Part shown: positions 1 through 24,753 of the stretch, in pieces
Layout: every line of letters starts with the position of its first letter
Numbering within the stretch: the stretch's first letter is position 1
Assembly (NCBI RefSeq): GCF_009914755.1
Contig: NC_060935.1
Reading direction: 5' to 3' (one strand)
Length of the DNA stretch: 64,000 nt
Origin: the human T2T-CHM13v2.0 reference genome, Homo sapiens
The notes under the pieces: model-generated
Database searches by the model: none
The model's input: the letters and a program-made list of their open reading frames with translations, nothing else
What the model was told of the DNA's origin: nothing
Made by a program: the position numbers and the translations under genes

Positions 1-14
1 GCCAGCATGAATGA

Positions 15-358
<344 letters not shown>

Positions 359-1884
359 CTTGAATTTTTAAAAAGGCAGCTGCTTAGTATAGATCAGATT
401 CTTGTGAACTTAGTATAGCAATCGCCTATGAACACACATGATTCCTACTGATCTATTTGAACAGCAGCAATAACATTTACTGAGCACTTATTCCAGAGCA
501 GACATTAGGCTAACACCATACATGGCTTGTCCTGCTGAATTCCGTAGCAGTCTGATGAAGTTGCTTGTATTGTTGTCTTCATTTTGCCAAAGAGGAAACA
601 GGCCCAGAGGGACTGAGTTACTCACCTATGGTGACAGTGGCTTAGCACTTAGCAAACAAACTGATATAGGACCCTTGGAAAGTTGGAGGTCTGTGTTATG
701 CATTAGCAAAATGTTTGATAAAACTACAGCCCACTGTAGCTTGGGAGGGTATCCCATGTGCTTTCCAGGCTGACAGCCAAAGGCAACGCAGTTGGAAAGC
801 AGAAAACTTGTCATCTCTCTTGGCTACTGTAGGCTGTATTTGTTGAGGATTTATAAGGAAGGGATGAGCTCAGGCGAGGATTACCTGGTGTTTGAGCAGT
901 AATGAAAGGAAATAAAGTACAGAAACCCACGGTCTTTCAGGGTTGGAAAATCTGCTACACCCCAAATAGGAAGAGATGAGATATAAGACTCATCTGGGCA
1001 AGAAAAGCCTGGTAAAACTTTTCTCTTGGATGCAGTTACTCAGGACAAGCATCAGGTTAAAGGTGGGCCTCCTATTTATTGTTCCAAATAGCCTCAAGCT
1101 AGCCATTGAGTAGAAAGGGAGAGACATGGAGGATGAACAGGCAAAACATATTAGACCTAAAAACTGGATCTAGGAAAAGACTTGGCACGTGCGTGAGCGT
1201 GGCCACTGGCCCACAAAGCTGACCAGGGCAAGTAGGTTAGACACTAACTATGTAAAGAATTGTATTGCCAAGGAACCGGGAGCCAGCCCTTTGGACAGTT
1301 CCAGCTATAAAACAACCTTTGGGCCTCCAATCATCCATGAGCAGGAGGGACGGTGCTCAGCCCCCAGAGAGGGCAGGCTCTGCCACTCTCATTTCAGCTG
1401 TAGCCAGAGAGGATGATGGAAAAGGAGGAATCTCCCAGAGAGAAGAGCCAGGGCCAATGTGGAGAGTGGATAAGGAGAGTGTCTCCCGGCAAGCAGCACC
1501 GGGGTGTAATGAACGGGTACCCCTGAGTCCTGTCCCTGCTCCACCACTGTGTGGCACAGGGTTAGGGGAGCAACTTGCTTGTCTTTTTGGTCATGGCTTA
1601 CTGGACTGAGAAGAGCCACATTGGATGAGAAGTGACTACTGCACATCACCAGAGACCCTGGGCTTTGAGCCAGATATCGGGACTAGATAGGACTTTGGGT
1701 CCCTTGGGAAGAGGGTGTGTTCCCTGAGTGAAAAGAAAAACTTGGTTTGGCAAACAGAACGGTGGATCGTGGCAGAGATGATGGTATCCACCCGCCACAC
1801 CATTTGATCTCCCTGAGCATATAGAAAGACCATTTCCTATAGCATCCAGGAAATGCCCTGAGCATGTGGGAAGCAGACTCTCCG

Positions 1885-2419
<535 letters not shown>

Positions 2420-2981
2420 TTAAGTCAAGGGGGATTTCATGCTTTATTCATTTCCTCATCATTGTCTATTCGATCCTGATTAGCACCTAGCACCTCTCAG
2501 TGTAGCAGGCTCATAGGATATCGCTGGCACATCTCAGTGTATCAGACCTCATCTTGGCCAGGCACTCAGTTTCTGTGCTCCAGCCTCTAAGATGGTCAGT
2601 CTTTCAACCTCACCCTTTGCAGAATTCCTCCTGCTGCAGGGCCTTTGCACATGCTGTATGTCTTTGGCCAATCTGCTCTTTCATGTTCCACAATGACTGG
2701 GTCAAACCTCCCACCCATTACTCAAACCTGTGACTTTTCCTTCTCTCCATTCTCAGACGACCTCACTGACTTCCATCAGAGGACATTGAAGCCCTCAGAG
2801 AGGAGCTCCCTTGCCTTCCCACATCTGCACACCCATTCTTCTGTGACACAGGAACTTTGGCTTCTGCCCTTACCTTGCTCTGCACTGTCAGTAGCAGCCT
2901 GCCTCCTGTATGCTCATCTGTCCCACTCGGCTCAATCCTACTCCCAAGCCCTGGCTTCTTTGTCAAGTCCAGTGACTCTCC

Positions 2982-3301
2982 TTTTTCTTTCTTTCTTTTT
3001 TTTTTTTTTTTTTTTTTTTGAGACAGAGTCTCACTGTGTTGCCCAGGTTGGAGTGCAGTGGTGCAATCTTGGCTCACTGCAACCTCCGCCTCCTGGGTTC
3101 AAGCGATTTTCCTGCCCCAGCCTCCTGAGTAGCTGGGACTACAGGCGTGTGCCACCACGCCCAGCTAATTTTTGTATTTTTAGTAGAGACGGGGTTTCAC
3201 CATGTTGGCCAGGCTGGTCTCAAACTCCTGACCTCAAGTGATCCACCTGCCTTGGCCTTCTAAAGTGCTGGGATTACAGGCGTGAGCCACCGCGCTCGGC
3301 T
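2982..3301 (-). mobile_element. AluSx-like
   Basis: poly(T) followed by antisense Alu. Confidence 0.9.
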
Positions 3302-4151
3302 GACTCTTCTTTTCCTTTCCTCCCCTTTGTAATCCAGCTTCTTCAAGGGGTTGACTATACTTGTCTCTACTTTCTTAAAATCTCACTTATTCTTTATATT
3401 AATCTATCCATGTTTCCACCTCGTTATGCTATGAAAGCATCTCTCACTAAAGTCACCTGTGACTTCCATGTTGCTAATCCAACAGGCTTTATTGAAGTTT
3501 TATCTTTGCCTCTAACCAATTATGGACACCTCCCCTTCCCTTGATTTTCATGATTCTGTTTCCTTCTGCCTCTCCAGCCATGCTTCTGCCTCTGTGAGGC
3601 ACGCCGTCCTCTTCCCAGTCATTCTGTTTGTAGTTCTTCACAGTGCTCTTCTAGGAGCCTCCTCTCTCCTCTGGATACTCTCTCTAGTGATCTCACCCAT
3701 ACCGGTGTACCCATCACCACCTATGTGTGGACAGTTCTCACATCTTCCTCTAAGCTCCAGCTTGCATATCTAACTGCCAACTTGACTCCTCCTTTGAAGG
3801 AGGCTGAAAAACCCTTCAAACTCAGCCAGGCTACCCTCCCTCCCTGTTCTACTCACCAAAAACTCCCTCATCTTGAGAGCCTCAGTGAATGGCATCACCA
3901 GTCATCCAGTTGCTCAAGCTGGGAATTGTCCTAAGCTGCTCCTTCTCCCTCCATGGCCATCATCCAAGGCCTGTTGACTTAGCTTCAAAATAGTTCTTGA
4001 ATCCATCACTTCTTCCCATCTCTAGCACCATCACTGTGGTGAAAGCTACTCTCATCTCTCTGATGGACAATGGGTATGGCCATCTGATCTGCCTTCATCA
4101 TCTGGCATTCCCTCAAATCTGTTCTTTGCCTGCAGCTCCCAAATGAGTGTG

Positions 4152-5865
<1,714 letters not shown>

Positions 5866-5964
5866 TATTTCAATACGCTGGTCTGAACATGTCTTCCACT
5901 TCCTTAAAACCCTTCTATGGCTGCTCATTGCTGTTAAGAAAATGAAAATTCTTAACACGACCTA

Positions 5965-6820
<856 letters not shown>

Positions 6821-6996
6821 CCGGCCTCCATTTTAAATCCATATGGTGGTTCTCCCATGGATGCTTATCTCCCCACGAGAATTTTAAGCCCCATGAAGAC
6901 AAGGACTAGATCTTTCTTTTGTTCACTTTATATCCTGGTGCCTAGCATAGCCCTTGGCATATAGAGGGTGCTCCTAATTATTTAAGAAACGAGTAT

Positions 6997-7285
<289 letters not shown>

Positions 7286-8454
7286 AAAATCAATTGATGG
7301 ATCCATCTGATTTCAGAACTCAGAGTAAACCTTTCTAACAGTGAGAGCTGTACGGGTGCAGGAGTCAGAGGCCTCCTGGGCCTCCCGCTGTGATGAGAGA
7401 TTTTTTTTCCCCTCCCAAGTTCAGTGTGCCTGAAGGATTAGTGCCAGCTTTCCAGGTGGCTGGATGCCCTGTGGCTGGGGAGAAGAGTTTTAATGAATTA
7501 GATCTGTCTCTCTTGTGCAAAGTGGAGAGTTCTTGGTTCTCTGCCCAGGCCTCTGGAAGACCTGGGATGTTAAAAGAAGCAAACTCCCAAACCCAGGCGT
7601 GCTCCAGGAAATAGAAGCTGCATCACATAGTCCTGGAGCCTGGGGCTCCAAGATCCATCCACCCCCACTGAGGGCGGGCATTACATTTCTCATGAGGAGG
7701 ATGTCCTGGAGAAGCAGAAATAGTTGGCCATCCTAAGTAACTGTGTGGGTGCTCAGTACTGGCTCTCTCTGCTTCCTTACTCCCCATTCAATCTGGTGGG
7801 CCTTCTTTGACTCTCTCCCACTGCCTAGCCCCAGTGCACACACATATACTCCCTGCTCCAGTTGTATTCTTCAAACTGTTTTCCCAGATGGGAATGTCCT
7901 CTGCCTTTCTCCCCTCAGTGCGAGGGAGGTGCCGCTTACTGAGGCCTCCAAACTACACTCTCCCTGGGTTCTCTCATTCATACTCACAAACCTCCCTTCG
8001 GAGATTATATCATCCCATTTCCTACATGAGGCTTGTCCAAGGTCACACCGCTAGGAGGCAGCAGGGCTGAAATTTAAACCCAGGTTGCCCTAGAGATTGC
8101 GTTGTTCCCAACACCCTACTCATCCTCCCAGACTTAGCCTGTTCACTCATTACCTTCATGAGCACTGTGGGATCTGTGACCATTTATTCTGATATTTACT
8201 TAGTCTCTTTTCTTAAATAGAGCCCCTTTTTTATTTAAATGAATTACTTTTAAAAGGAAACTATATGACAACTGTAAATGAAAAAATCTCATCAATAGTG
8301 TCTCTTGCCAAAATTAAAACTCTAAAAACAAATACATTCAATGTTACTTTTTTTTTTTAACATTTTACTATAAAAAAATTCAAACATACAGCTAAAGTTG
8401 GAAGAGTTTTACAGTGAGCACTGGTATAGCCTCCACCTAGTTTCTACCTTTAAC

Positions 8455-8706
8455 TTTTTTTTTTGAGACAGGGTCTCACTCTGTTGCCGAGGCTGGTGAT
8501 CACAGCTCATTGTAGCCTCAACCTCCTGGGCTCGAGTGATCCTCCCATCTCAGCCTCCCAAATAGCTGGGACTACAGGCATGCACCACCACACGCGGGGT
8601 TTTACCATGTTGCCCAGGCTGGTCTCGAACCCCTGGGCTCAACCGATCCGCCTATCTCTGCCTCTTAAAGTGCTGAGATTACAGGCATGGGCCACTGCAC
8701 CGGCCT
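8455..8706 (-). mobile_element. AluJ-like, internally deleted, within an old L1M fragment
   Basis: Antisense Alu flanked by AT-rich L1 3'-end-like sequence. Confidence 0.75.
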
Positions 8707-8993
8707 ACTCTTAATTTTTTACTCTGCTGGGCTCTTCACATATCAGTTTATCTTTCCATCCCTCTCTCCACCCATTTATTCATCTCCTTTTTGGTACATT
8801 TCAAAGCAAATTATAGACATCAGAGCACTCTTGCTAAAAGCTTCACAATGTATGTTATTAACTAGAATTCAATATTTAAAGTTTATTCTTTTGCTGTAAA
8901 ATTTACATACAGTGAAATTCACAAAAATCTTAAGTGTATGTTTGCTGAGTTTTGAAAGGCTTATACCAGACTCTTATTGAAATGGAGAAATTG

Positions 8994-9602
<609 letters not shown>

Positions 9603-9629
9603 GTTGTCATTTTTTTTTTTTTTTTGTAG

Positions 9630-10612
<983 letters not shown>

Positions 10613-10804
10613 CCAGGTTTTGCCATGTTGCCCAGACTGGTCTCAAACCCCTAGAGCTCAAGCAGTCTGCCTGCCTCTGTCTCCCAAAGTGCTGGGATCA
10701 CAGGTGCGAGCCACTGCGTCCAGCTGTGGTTGTTCTGTGTATATCTTACATACCAGTCCTTTGCACATGTGTTTGGAAATATTTCTACTCAGTCCATGAT
10801 TTGT

Positions 10805-11148
10805 CTTTCTCCTCTCCTCTCTCCTTTCCTTCTCCCCTTCCCTTCCCTTCCCTTCCCTACCCTTCCCTTCCCTTCCCTTCCCTCCCCTCCCCTCCCCTCC
10901 CCTTCCTTCCCCTCTTCCCTCTCCTCTCTCCTCTTCTTGGCTCTCTTCCCTTCCCTTCCCTTCCCTTCCCTTCCCTCCCCTCTTCCCTTCCCTCCCCTTC
11001 TCTTCCCTTCCCTTTTCCCTTCCCTCCCCTTCTCTTCCCTTCCCTTTTCCCTTCCCTCTTCCCTTCCCTTCCCTTCCCTCTTCCCTTCCCCCCTGCCCTG
11101 CCCTGCCCTTCTTCCCTGCCCTGCCCTTCTTCCCTGCCCTGCTCTTCT
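10805..11148. repeat. (CCCTT)n-type homopyrimidine tract
   Basis: ~340 nt almost pure C/T; ends in a (CCCTG/CTTCTT) repeat; forms the tail of the antisense Alu at 11149-11425. Confidence 0.95.
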
Positions 11149-13120
<1,972 letters not shown>

Positions 13121-13423
13121 TTAAGTGAAAATAAAGCGCGAGTAAAAGTAGTCTGAGTTAACAAAAATTCATGTTTAAAAATCAGTTCCTCACTGAGAAA
13201 AATGGAACTGATTGTGACTAGGCTGTAATAAAAAGATGCTCAGTTTGATGTCACTTATATCGAAAATTTGAAATTCTTCATCAAAAGACAACTTTCTTTT
13301 TGAACTTTGATATTAGCCAGGATTGAGAATGCCAAAGCTATATGCATGTGGGTGGAGAGAGCAAAAGATTTTAACTGCCTTCGCTGAGTATTTATCAGTT
13401 TGTCACATAAAAAATGGTTGTCA

Positions 13424-13720
<297 letters not shown>

Positions 13721-14542
13721 AGAGGTCGTCAATATGCAGAGGTAACGCTTTGTTGCAGTGACGTGTGCGTAAGTTCAGGTCTCAAAAATCCACACCGGAC
13801 ATCCCTGCCACATCCATCGTCCATTGACAGTGCCTTGGGAGGTTCAGGGAACTGGGGTCATATGCTCTGTGTCCCAGTCAGTGTCAGGAAGACAGCCAAG
13901 ACAATGCCTCCTTTAGCAAGTCAATATCTTCCTTAGTCTTATCCTGAGACTAATAATATGTGCTTATTGTGTGTGAAGCATGCTTCTAATTTATCTCATT
14001 TCTTTCTCATAATGAAGAGCAAAGGCAGTCTTATCAGCCCCACTTTAACTGAGAAACTGAGGTGCAGAAAAGTCATGCAACTTGCCCAACGTGGCTCAGC
14101 CGGTTAGTGGGGGAGTCGGGGCTTGGAGCCAGGCAGCCTGGTTGCATGGCCAGCCTGCTTAACCCCTCTGCTGTATGGCCTTACCCTGAGAAAAGGGGTT
14201 TGGTGTGCTGGTTACTTGAATTTAAAGCTATAACTTTAAATTTTTAAAGTTTAAAACAAGATTTTTTTTAAGAGAAAGAGTCTTACCGTGTCACCCAGGC
14301 TAGAGTCAGGTGGTGCGATCATGGTTCACTGCAGCCTCGACCTAGGCTCAAACAATCCTCCTACCTCAGCCTCCTGAGCAGTTGGGACCAGCAGGTCCAG
14401 TTAATTATTTTATTTTTTGTAGAGATGGGGTCTCTCTTTACTGACTAGGCTGGTCTCCATCTCCTCCTGCCTCAGCCTCCCAAGTAGTAGGCACCACCAC
14501 ACCTGGCTAATTTTGCAGAGATGGGGGTCTCACTATGTTGCC

Positions 14543-15065
<523 letters not shown>

Positions 15066-15734
15066 TAGTGAAGGACCTCCTCCTGGCTCGCAGCCTTCTG
15101 GCCGTGTTCTCACATGGCGGGAAGAGAGGTCCAGCGTCTCCTCCTCTGAGGACATCATTCTATTGGGTCAGGGCTCTGCCCTATGACCTCATTTAACTTT
15201 AATTGCCTCCTTAAAGGCCCTGTCTCCAATGATCGCATGGGGGGAGGGCTAGGGCTTCAACATATGTATTTGTAGTGGGACACAGTTCAGTCCCTAACAA
15301 AAGGAAATGAGAGCTCTGGAGGGTGGCACATTGGCAGTTAAATGCTTGTCCTGGATGTGACACTCTTTCTTCACTATCGCTCACAACCGTTTGGCCAGAA
15401 CTGGTCACATAGCCCCACAGGGAGCCCAGAAGTACAGTCCCATCCCATGCTCCAGTGGTGGAGAGTCAGAAATAAGGTTGAGCGTCATTGATTTTCACCA
15501 TCATAGTAAATTTTGAATCTTTACTAAGTGCAGGGCCTGTCCTGTGTGCTTCTTGAATCAGGGAGAAGGTTTTATACAAGAAAATGGCACATTCTGAAGT
15601 GGAGCTCAACAGGTAAGAATGAGACCATTCTAGCATTGAGCCCTGGCTCCTTGGCTGACATTCTGTGTGACTTTATACAAGCATCTTCACATCTCTGAGC
15701 CTTTGTGTACACATCTATAAAATATGGACAATGT

Positions 15735-15975
15735 GGCTGGGCATGGTGGCTCACACAGTCCCAGCACTTTGGGAGGCCGAGGCGGGTGGATCACTTGAGC
15801 TCAGGAGTTCAAGACCAGCCTGGCCAACATGGTGAAACCCCATCTCTACTAAAAATATAAAAATTAGCCAGAAATCGCTTGAACTCGGGAGGTGGAGGTT
15901 GCAGTGAGCTGAGATCGTGCCACTGCACTCCAGCCTGGGCAACAGAATGAGACTCTGTCTCAAAAAAAATAAAAT
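15735..15975 (+). mobile_element. AluS with ~50-nt internal deletion
   Basis: AAATTAGCCA joined directly to GAAATCGCTTGAAC. Confidence 0.85.
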
Positions 15976-16133
15976 ATAGACAATGCTTTTGGCACACTGT
16001 ATGGATAAAGCACATAGCACTGTGACCTGGCCATTGGAGAGGCAGCATTGCATTGCAGCTAAGCTTGCAGGCTTTGGAGTCAGCCAGACCTGCATTTGAA
16101 TCTTACTCATCTGCTTTTTGTTTTGTGCCTTTA

Positions 16134-16135
<2 letters not shown>

Positions 16136-16168
<33 letters not shown>
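16136..16168. repeat. (TG)n microsatellite
   Basis: ~16 perfect units. Confidence 0.95.
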
Positions 16169-16169
<1 letters not shown>

Positions 16170-16285
16170 AGAGAGAGACTGTTCTAAGCAAGCACATTAC
16201 ATGGAAGTAACTGGAATTGGAACTCAGGCACGTTGGCCTCCAGTAAGCATGCTTGTACTGTTACCCTGCACGGCCCTTAGGTTAG

Positions 16286-17648
<1,363 letters not shown>

Positions 17649-18352
17649 ACAGGATTCTCTTAAAACCACAAACTTACCATACTTTCTAGATGTTTCCTTT
17701 CCCTCCTATGCATGATATAGTTAGCCACTATCTAATTGAAAGGTGTACTAGTCACGTTAGGCTAGACTATGATAATAAATAAACCCCCAAATCTCAGCGA
17801 CTTAACAACGCAACCCTTATTTCTCATTTGTGCCAAGTCCAATGTGAACTGGGCAGCTGTTCAGGACAGCTCCTTTCTGTGGCAGCCCAGGGATCCACGC
17901 TCTGCCATCTCAACATGTGGTCTCCACGGTTGCTACTAAAGGGAATGAGAAAGTGCGGATAACTCACATTCACTTGCAACCTGGAAGCAACACGTGACAC
18001 TTCTCCGAGCCCTTGGGCCGGAGCTAGTCACATGTTCCTGTGGAACTGCAAGGAGCCTGGGAGGTGTGGTTCTCCCTGGTACCCAGGAAGGAGAAGAGAA
18101 CCAGATCTGGCTGAGCCTGAAGTCTCTACCACAGTCTGTTCTGCTGGTCTCCATGTACCGCATTGGATTTGCTCTTCTTCCTACACACAACACACAACAT
18201 GAAACTGCTTTCCAAGAGAGAAAACCCAGAGTGATGTGCAGCTCCTGCCTCCAGCCAGGATCTCATGGGCTGCCCTAGGGTCTCTTTATGAGGTCTAGAG
18301 GTGGCCTTTTTTGGTCCAGAGATGTAGGAATTTTAAAAAGTTACCTGTTGGG

Positions 18353-18983
<631 letters not shown>

Positions 18984-19614
18984 AGGCAGGTTACCTGCTT
19001 CTCCCTTCCCACCCCCACGCCATACACAAAGGTGGAGTAGGGGCAGGGACAGGATAACCACAGTAAGGATACCCCGGGAAGTGGGAGCTGAGGCCTTCTG
19101 GGCAGACCTTGTGGAGGGGTAGGGAAGTTTCTGGAAGGAACTACCTTCATCGCTGCTCTCAGGGCCGCTTGGCTCCCTCATTTAAAGCTCTTTTTCCCCT
19201 ACCTTACTTTACTCGATCATATCTGAAGTAGGGATTGTGTGTTCCACCCTCCTTGAGGGTTGTGTGGATTTCTCAGCCCACTTCCTGCCCATGGAAGTTT
19301 TAAGTTTCAAATAGTCACAATCTTTTTAAAGACCAGGCCCATGGCCAGGGGCGGTGGCTCATGCCTGTAGTTCCAGCGACTTGAGGCTGAGGCGGGAGAA
19401 TCTCTTGAGTCCAGGAGGTTGAGGTCACAGTGAGCTATGATTGCGCCACTGCACTCCAGCCTGGGTGACAGAGCAAGACCCTTTCTCTAAAAAAAAAAAA
19501 AAAAAAAACAAAAACCAAACAAAAAAAGCCCCATTTTTTTTGGGCATTACTGTTTTCTCAAAATTTCAGTAGGCCTCTCATCTGTCTGCTTCCAGTGAGT
19601 TTCATATGCCTGAA

Positions 19615-20491
<877 letters not shown>

Positions 20492-22621
20492 GAATCACAT
20501 CCTAATTTATTTCCTAAGAAGTTCTCAAATCTTCATTTCTTTGCTTATGCCGCAGTAACAAACAAAACCCCAAACCTTAGAGGCTTAAAGCAGCAAGGTT
20601 TATCTCTCTATCACATCCCAGTGTGCTGCAGGAAAAGCAGCTCCAGGGCAGCTGACTCCATGCAGTGACTCAGAGATCCAGCCTGCTTCCATCTTTTGGT
20701 TCTTCCATCCCAAGTGTGATTTCTACCCACAGAGAATGGAAAACTCACACCCACCTCTAACTACTCAGACTGGGAGTGGCACTGCTCAATTCCACCCACA
20801 GAACCAGCCACGTGGCCCTTATCTAACTGCAAGGAAGGCAGGAAAATGCAATGATAATCATAAACATTTCTTGAGTGCTTTCTCTATGCCAGGCTGTGTG
20901 CTAAGCATGTAAATATTGTCTTTTCTGTATTCCAAGCCTAAGTCTCTTAAAGTTCTACTGTGACCTCATCATACAGCCAAGGAAACAGGCTCGGAGAAGT
21001 TAAGGAAGTTGTCCAAGGGCACATACCTCATAAAGGCAGGGCTGCAGAATTGAACCCAGATCTCTGTGCATTGGAAACCCACCCCCTTGACCCCTGTCCT
21101 GGTTCCTTGCTCATCTCTGCCAAGAATATCTTCATTCCATCTGAGGATTGGGAATGGCTTCTTATTTTCTGCCTCATCTCATTTCATCTTCCCCGCGAGT
21201 CATGAATTTTTAAACCTTGTGTGAGATCAACAAGTTCACCCAGAGGAGACAGTAAAAGAACAGAACAGGCAGGAACAGAACAGCCATCAGATACACAGGA
21301 TAGAGTCTTCCAGGAAATGCCCACTGAGGGGAGAAATGAACCACAAGTGAGGCCAGGATTGTGGGAGGCTGGGAGGGAAAGCAATCCGGTCATCAGGGGA
21401 ATCATTTCCTTTTACGAAAGAGAGAGAGATGGGACTTAGCCATTAGACTTGGGCTATTTCAGTTCCTGGTAATGACACAGCTCAGTGAATAGAACCCCCA
21501 AAGCACTTTCGGAAGGGGGGCCCCAGTCCTGGGCAGCTCTCCTGCCTTAATCACTGCAAGTCACAGAGCAGAGAAACTGGAAATGGGCAAAATCGATGAC
21601 AGGCCTGCCTGCAGACCACGCCCTGGACCCAACCTGCGCCCCCACGGTCATTACGTCACCCATCACTCCTTGGTGCTCACACAGCTGAGCCCATGAAGCA
21701 GGGCAGCCCCCACTCCCAGGACTAGACAGAAAGGTGGTTGCACGAATCCAGGGCTCCATGCTCTTCCCCATCGCAGGGAAGACAGGGCCTCACAGACTTG
21801 ATGTCCTCCCAGTCAGCTCTTCTCTGCCATGATCCCCTTTATGCTGCGTCCCAGCTTCAAACTGCTCCCCTGAAAGGGTCAGTTGGAGCAGCTGAGCTTG
21901 GGGCATCTCACCTGGGTGAGCTTTGTTGGTGGGCTCAGAAGAATCTGGGTTGGGAAACAGTACTCTGGGGGCAGAATGAGGGGTTCAGTGAGCCCTTGTG
22001 TCCTTTGTGGGCACCTTGGAGTCTGGCTTGGGAGAAACTCCCTGTGCAGGTCCAGCAGGCCTAGAGGCCAGGCTGAGTGTGGGTTGGCATGAGGCCGACT
22101 CCCCTCCATGCCCCGCTGTAATAAGGCAGAGGGGAAGGACCTTGGAAGGGGGTAGGCTGGGGTCCTGCTATTTCACAGATGGCAGGTGAGGGGCCCAGGG
22201 GGAGGGGACGTGGAACCAGCCATCACTTCAGTATATGAAGACAGAGCTCCAAGTTCTCCAGGCCAAACAACACATCTCAAACTAAAGCAAGCCAAACCTC
22301 CTATCCTGGCTCAACCCCCTCTTCACAGGCAACAGGATCAGAGGGAGGCAGTTAATTAAGAAGGGTCACATAGCACTATTTGTGCCAGAGCCAGACCTCA
22401 AACTCAAGCCTAGAAAAGGCTCAGAAAGGGGCAGGCATGTAACCTCAGATCACCTGAAGCCAAGAAACATTACTCTAGGCTTGTCCCAGCCTCCAGCATG
22501 GGAATTTCAAAAGTAGGAGTATAATTACCCTCTCCCTGCCACCCCCAGCCTCCTGGGCTGGGAGGGCTCAGTGCCTTTAGCTGCATCCCAGGGATCTGTT
22601 TCCCATTTCTCAATCATCTTA

Positions 22622-22867
<246 letters not shown>

Positions 22868-23717
22868 TTATTTTTTTTTCTCTATAGAGGTAATCAGGTT
22901 TAAAAAGAGATTTAAAAAGTCATAGGAGGTCAGATTTTGAAAATAGATCTGAGAACCTCTAGCTCAACCTTTGAGGCAATATCAAAGTGGTCACCAGCAT
23001 GACCTTTGAAGTCAGGATGTCTGGGTTCAAATAATGGCTTTTCCCCTTAGTAGCTGTGTGACCTGTGACAAGTTACGCAGCCTCTCTGTGTCTGAGTTTC
23101 TTCATCTATAAAATGGAGGAGCTGATACCACCCACCAGGTAGGAATGCGGTGAAGTTTAATTGTGCTAATCATGGGAAGTGCTTAGAAACAGTCCCTGAT
23201 ACCTAACGAACCAGTGAAAGTTTGCTCTTATTGTCATCCTGTCAAGCTGTTGCATGCCTCCTGGGATGGGGAACTCACTCCCCCCAGGGCAGCCTGTTCC
23301 CCTATTGGATTATTTTGTGTGTTAGGAGGCTTTTCTATCCATTAAGCTGAAGTATGCCAACCTGTCTCTTCCCTACAAGAGCCCTGGCTTCCCTCTGAGG
23401 GCGGCTATAAAGACCCACATCAACCAAAGCAAAATGACACACACTTGGTGGTGTGTGGCTCATTCACTTCAGTTAATCCTCTTTTAGGGAACTGCAGCCC
23501 ACATGGCCCAGCACAGAGCGCAGATGTCTGTCTCTGCTCAGGACTCAGCACTCAGTGGTGGTGTGCTCTGGCCTCGGGAGCCTGTTAGGGCCTACCCCAC
23601 TGATCCCAGCCAAGGAACTCTATGGGCTGAGACCCAGCATGTCCTCTCACTGGGTCCTCTCTGCTAACCTAGTGTGTCTGTAGCCTCTGCCTTCGTATGG
23701 GAGGGAAACAGGGGAAT

Positions 23718-24016
23718 CTTTTTTTTTTTTTTCTGAGATGGAGTCTTGCTCTGTCGCCCAGGCTGGAGTGCAGTGGTGTAATCTCGGCTCACTGCAACCT
23801 CTTACTCCTGCATTCAAGGAGTTCTCCCTGCCTCAGCCTCCCGAGTAGCTGGGATTACAGGCGCCCACCACCATGCCTTGCTAATTTTTGTATTTTTAGT
23901 AGAGACGGGGTTTTGCCATGTTGGCCAGGCTGATCTCGAACTCCTGACTTCAGGTGATCTGCCTGCTTTGGCCTCCCAAAGTGCTGGGATTACAGGCATG
24001 AGCCACTGTGCCCGGC
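23718..24016 (-). mobile_element. AluSx
   Basis: TSD-like GAAAC..GGGAATCTT. Confidence 0.9.
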
Positions 24017-24719
24017 TGGAAACGGGAATCTTACTGCCCAGGACTGGGCAGAGCTAGAAAGTAGGAGGCAGTTGCCCATCTGGCCAGGGCAGCCCATCCC
24101 TTTGGAAAATCATCCCTTTGGAAAAGCCCAGTGCTAAGGTCCCGGCGCTTTCTGGAGAATTTGCTGGTGTGTTCCAGAGGGCGGGGCATAGATTCCAGGG
24201 TCAAAGCTGAGTTTGGATCCCAGCTCCACTCCTCCCTGTCTGCGAGGCCTCAGGCAGTTTCCTCACATGTAACATGGGCAGGATTATAGTAGTTCCCACG
24301 TAGAGCCGGGAGTGAAAAGCGATGATGAGGTGATTCGTAGCTCAGCTCTGGCACAATAAAGTGCTGAATAAATGGGGACAGATATGGGAAGGGAGTGGGA
24401 TGAGGTGGGCCTAGATTTTCCAGTATGGAAGGACTTTTAGTCTGTTCCTTCATTTTGTAGATAGAAGGACTGAGGTCCACAGGTGACAGGTCCAAAAGTC
24501 ACGCTGCTCTTGGGTCACCTGGCACCTGGGCTCCCGCTCCTTGTGGGCTCCAGCGCTTGCCCTCCCGGAACACTCCTTGCCCAGACGCAACCCTCCTGTT
24601 CTGGAGGGATGGGTGAGTGAGGCTTGGGGTGGGGCTGTGGCCAGGTCGACGGAGCTGCTCTGTCCCCAACTCCTAGGACCCCCCGACCCCGGTCTTAGGG
24701 ATTCATCTGCGGCATCTCC

Positions 24720-24753
24720 TGCAGTTCCGAGTTATGGCCGCTGGGTGTCGCCA
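24720..24753 (+). promoter_or_regulatory. CTCF site with upstream (ZF9-11) motif, forward orientation
   Basis: TGCAGTTCC-N6-TGGCCGCTGGGTGTCGCCA inside a local CpG-retaining patch (~24.6-24.87 kb). Confidence 0.7.

Noticed and set aside
23398-23413. GC box plus TATAAAGA as a promoter
   Set aside because: Imperfect TATA, no downstream exon or CpG support
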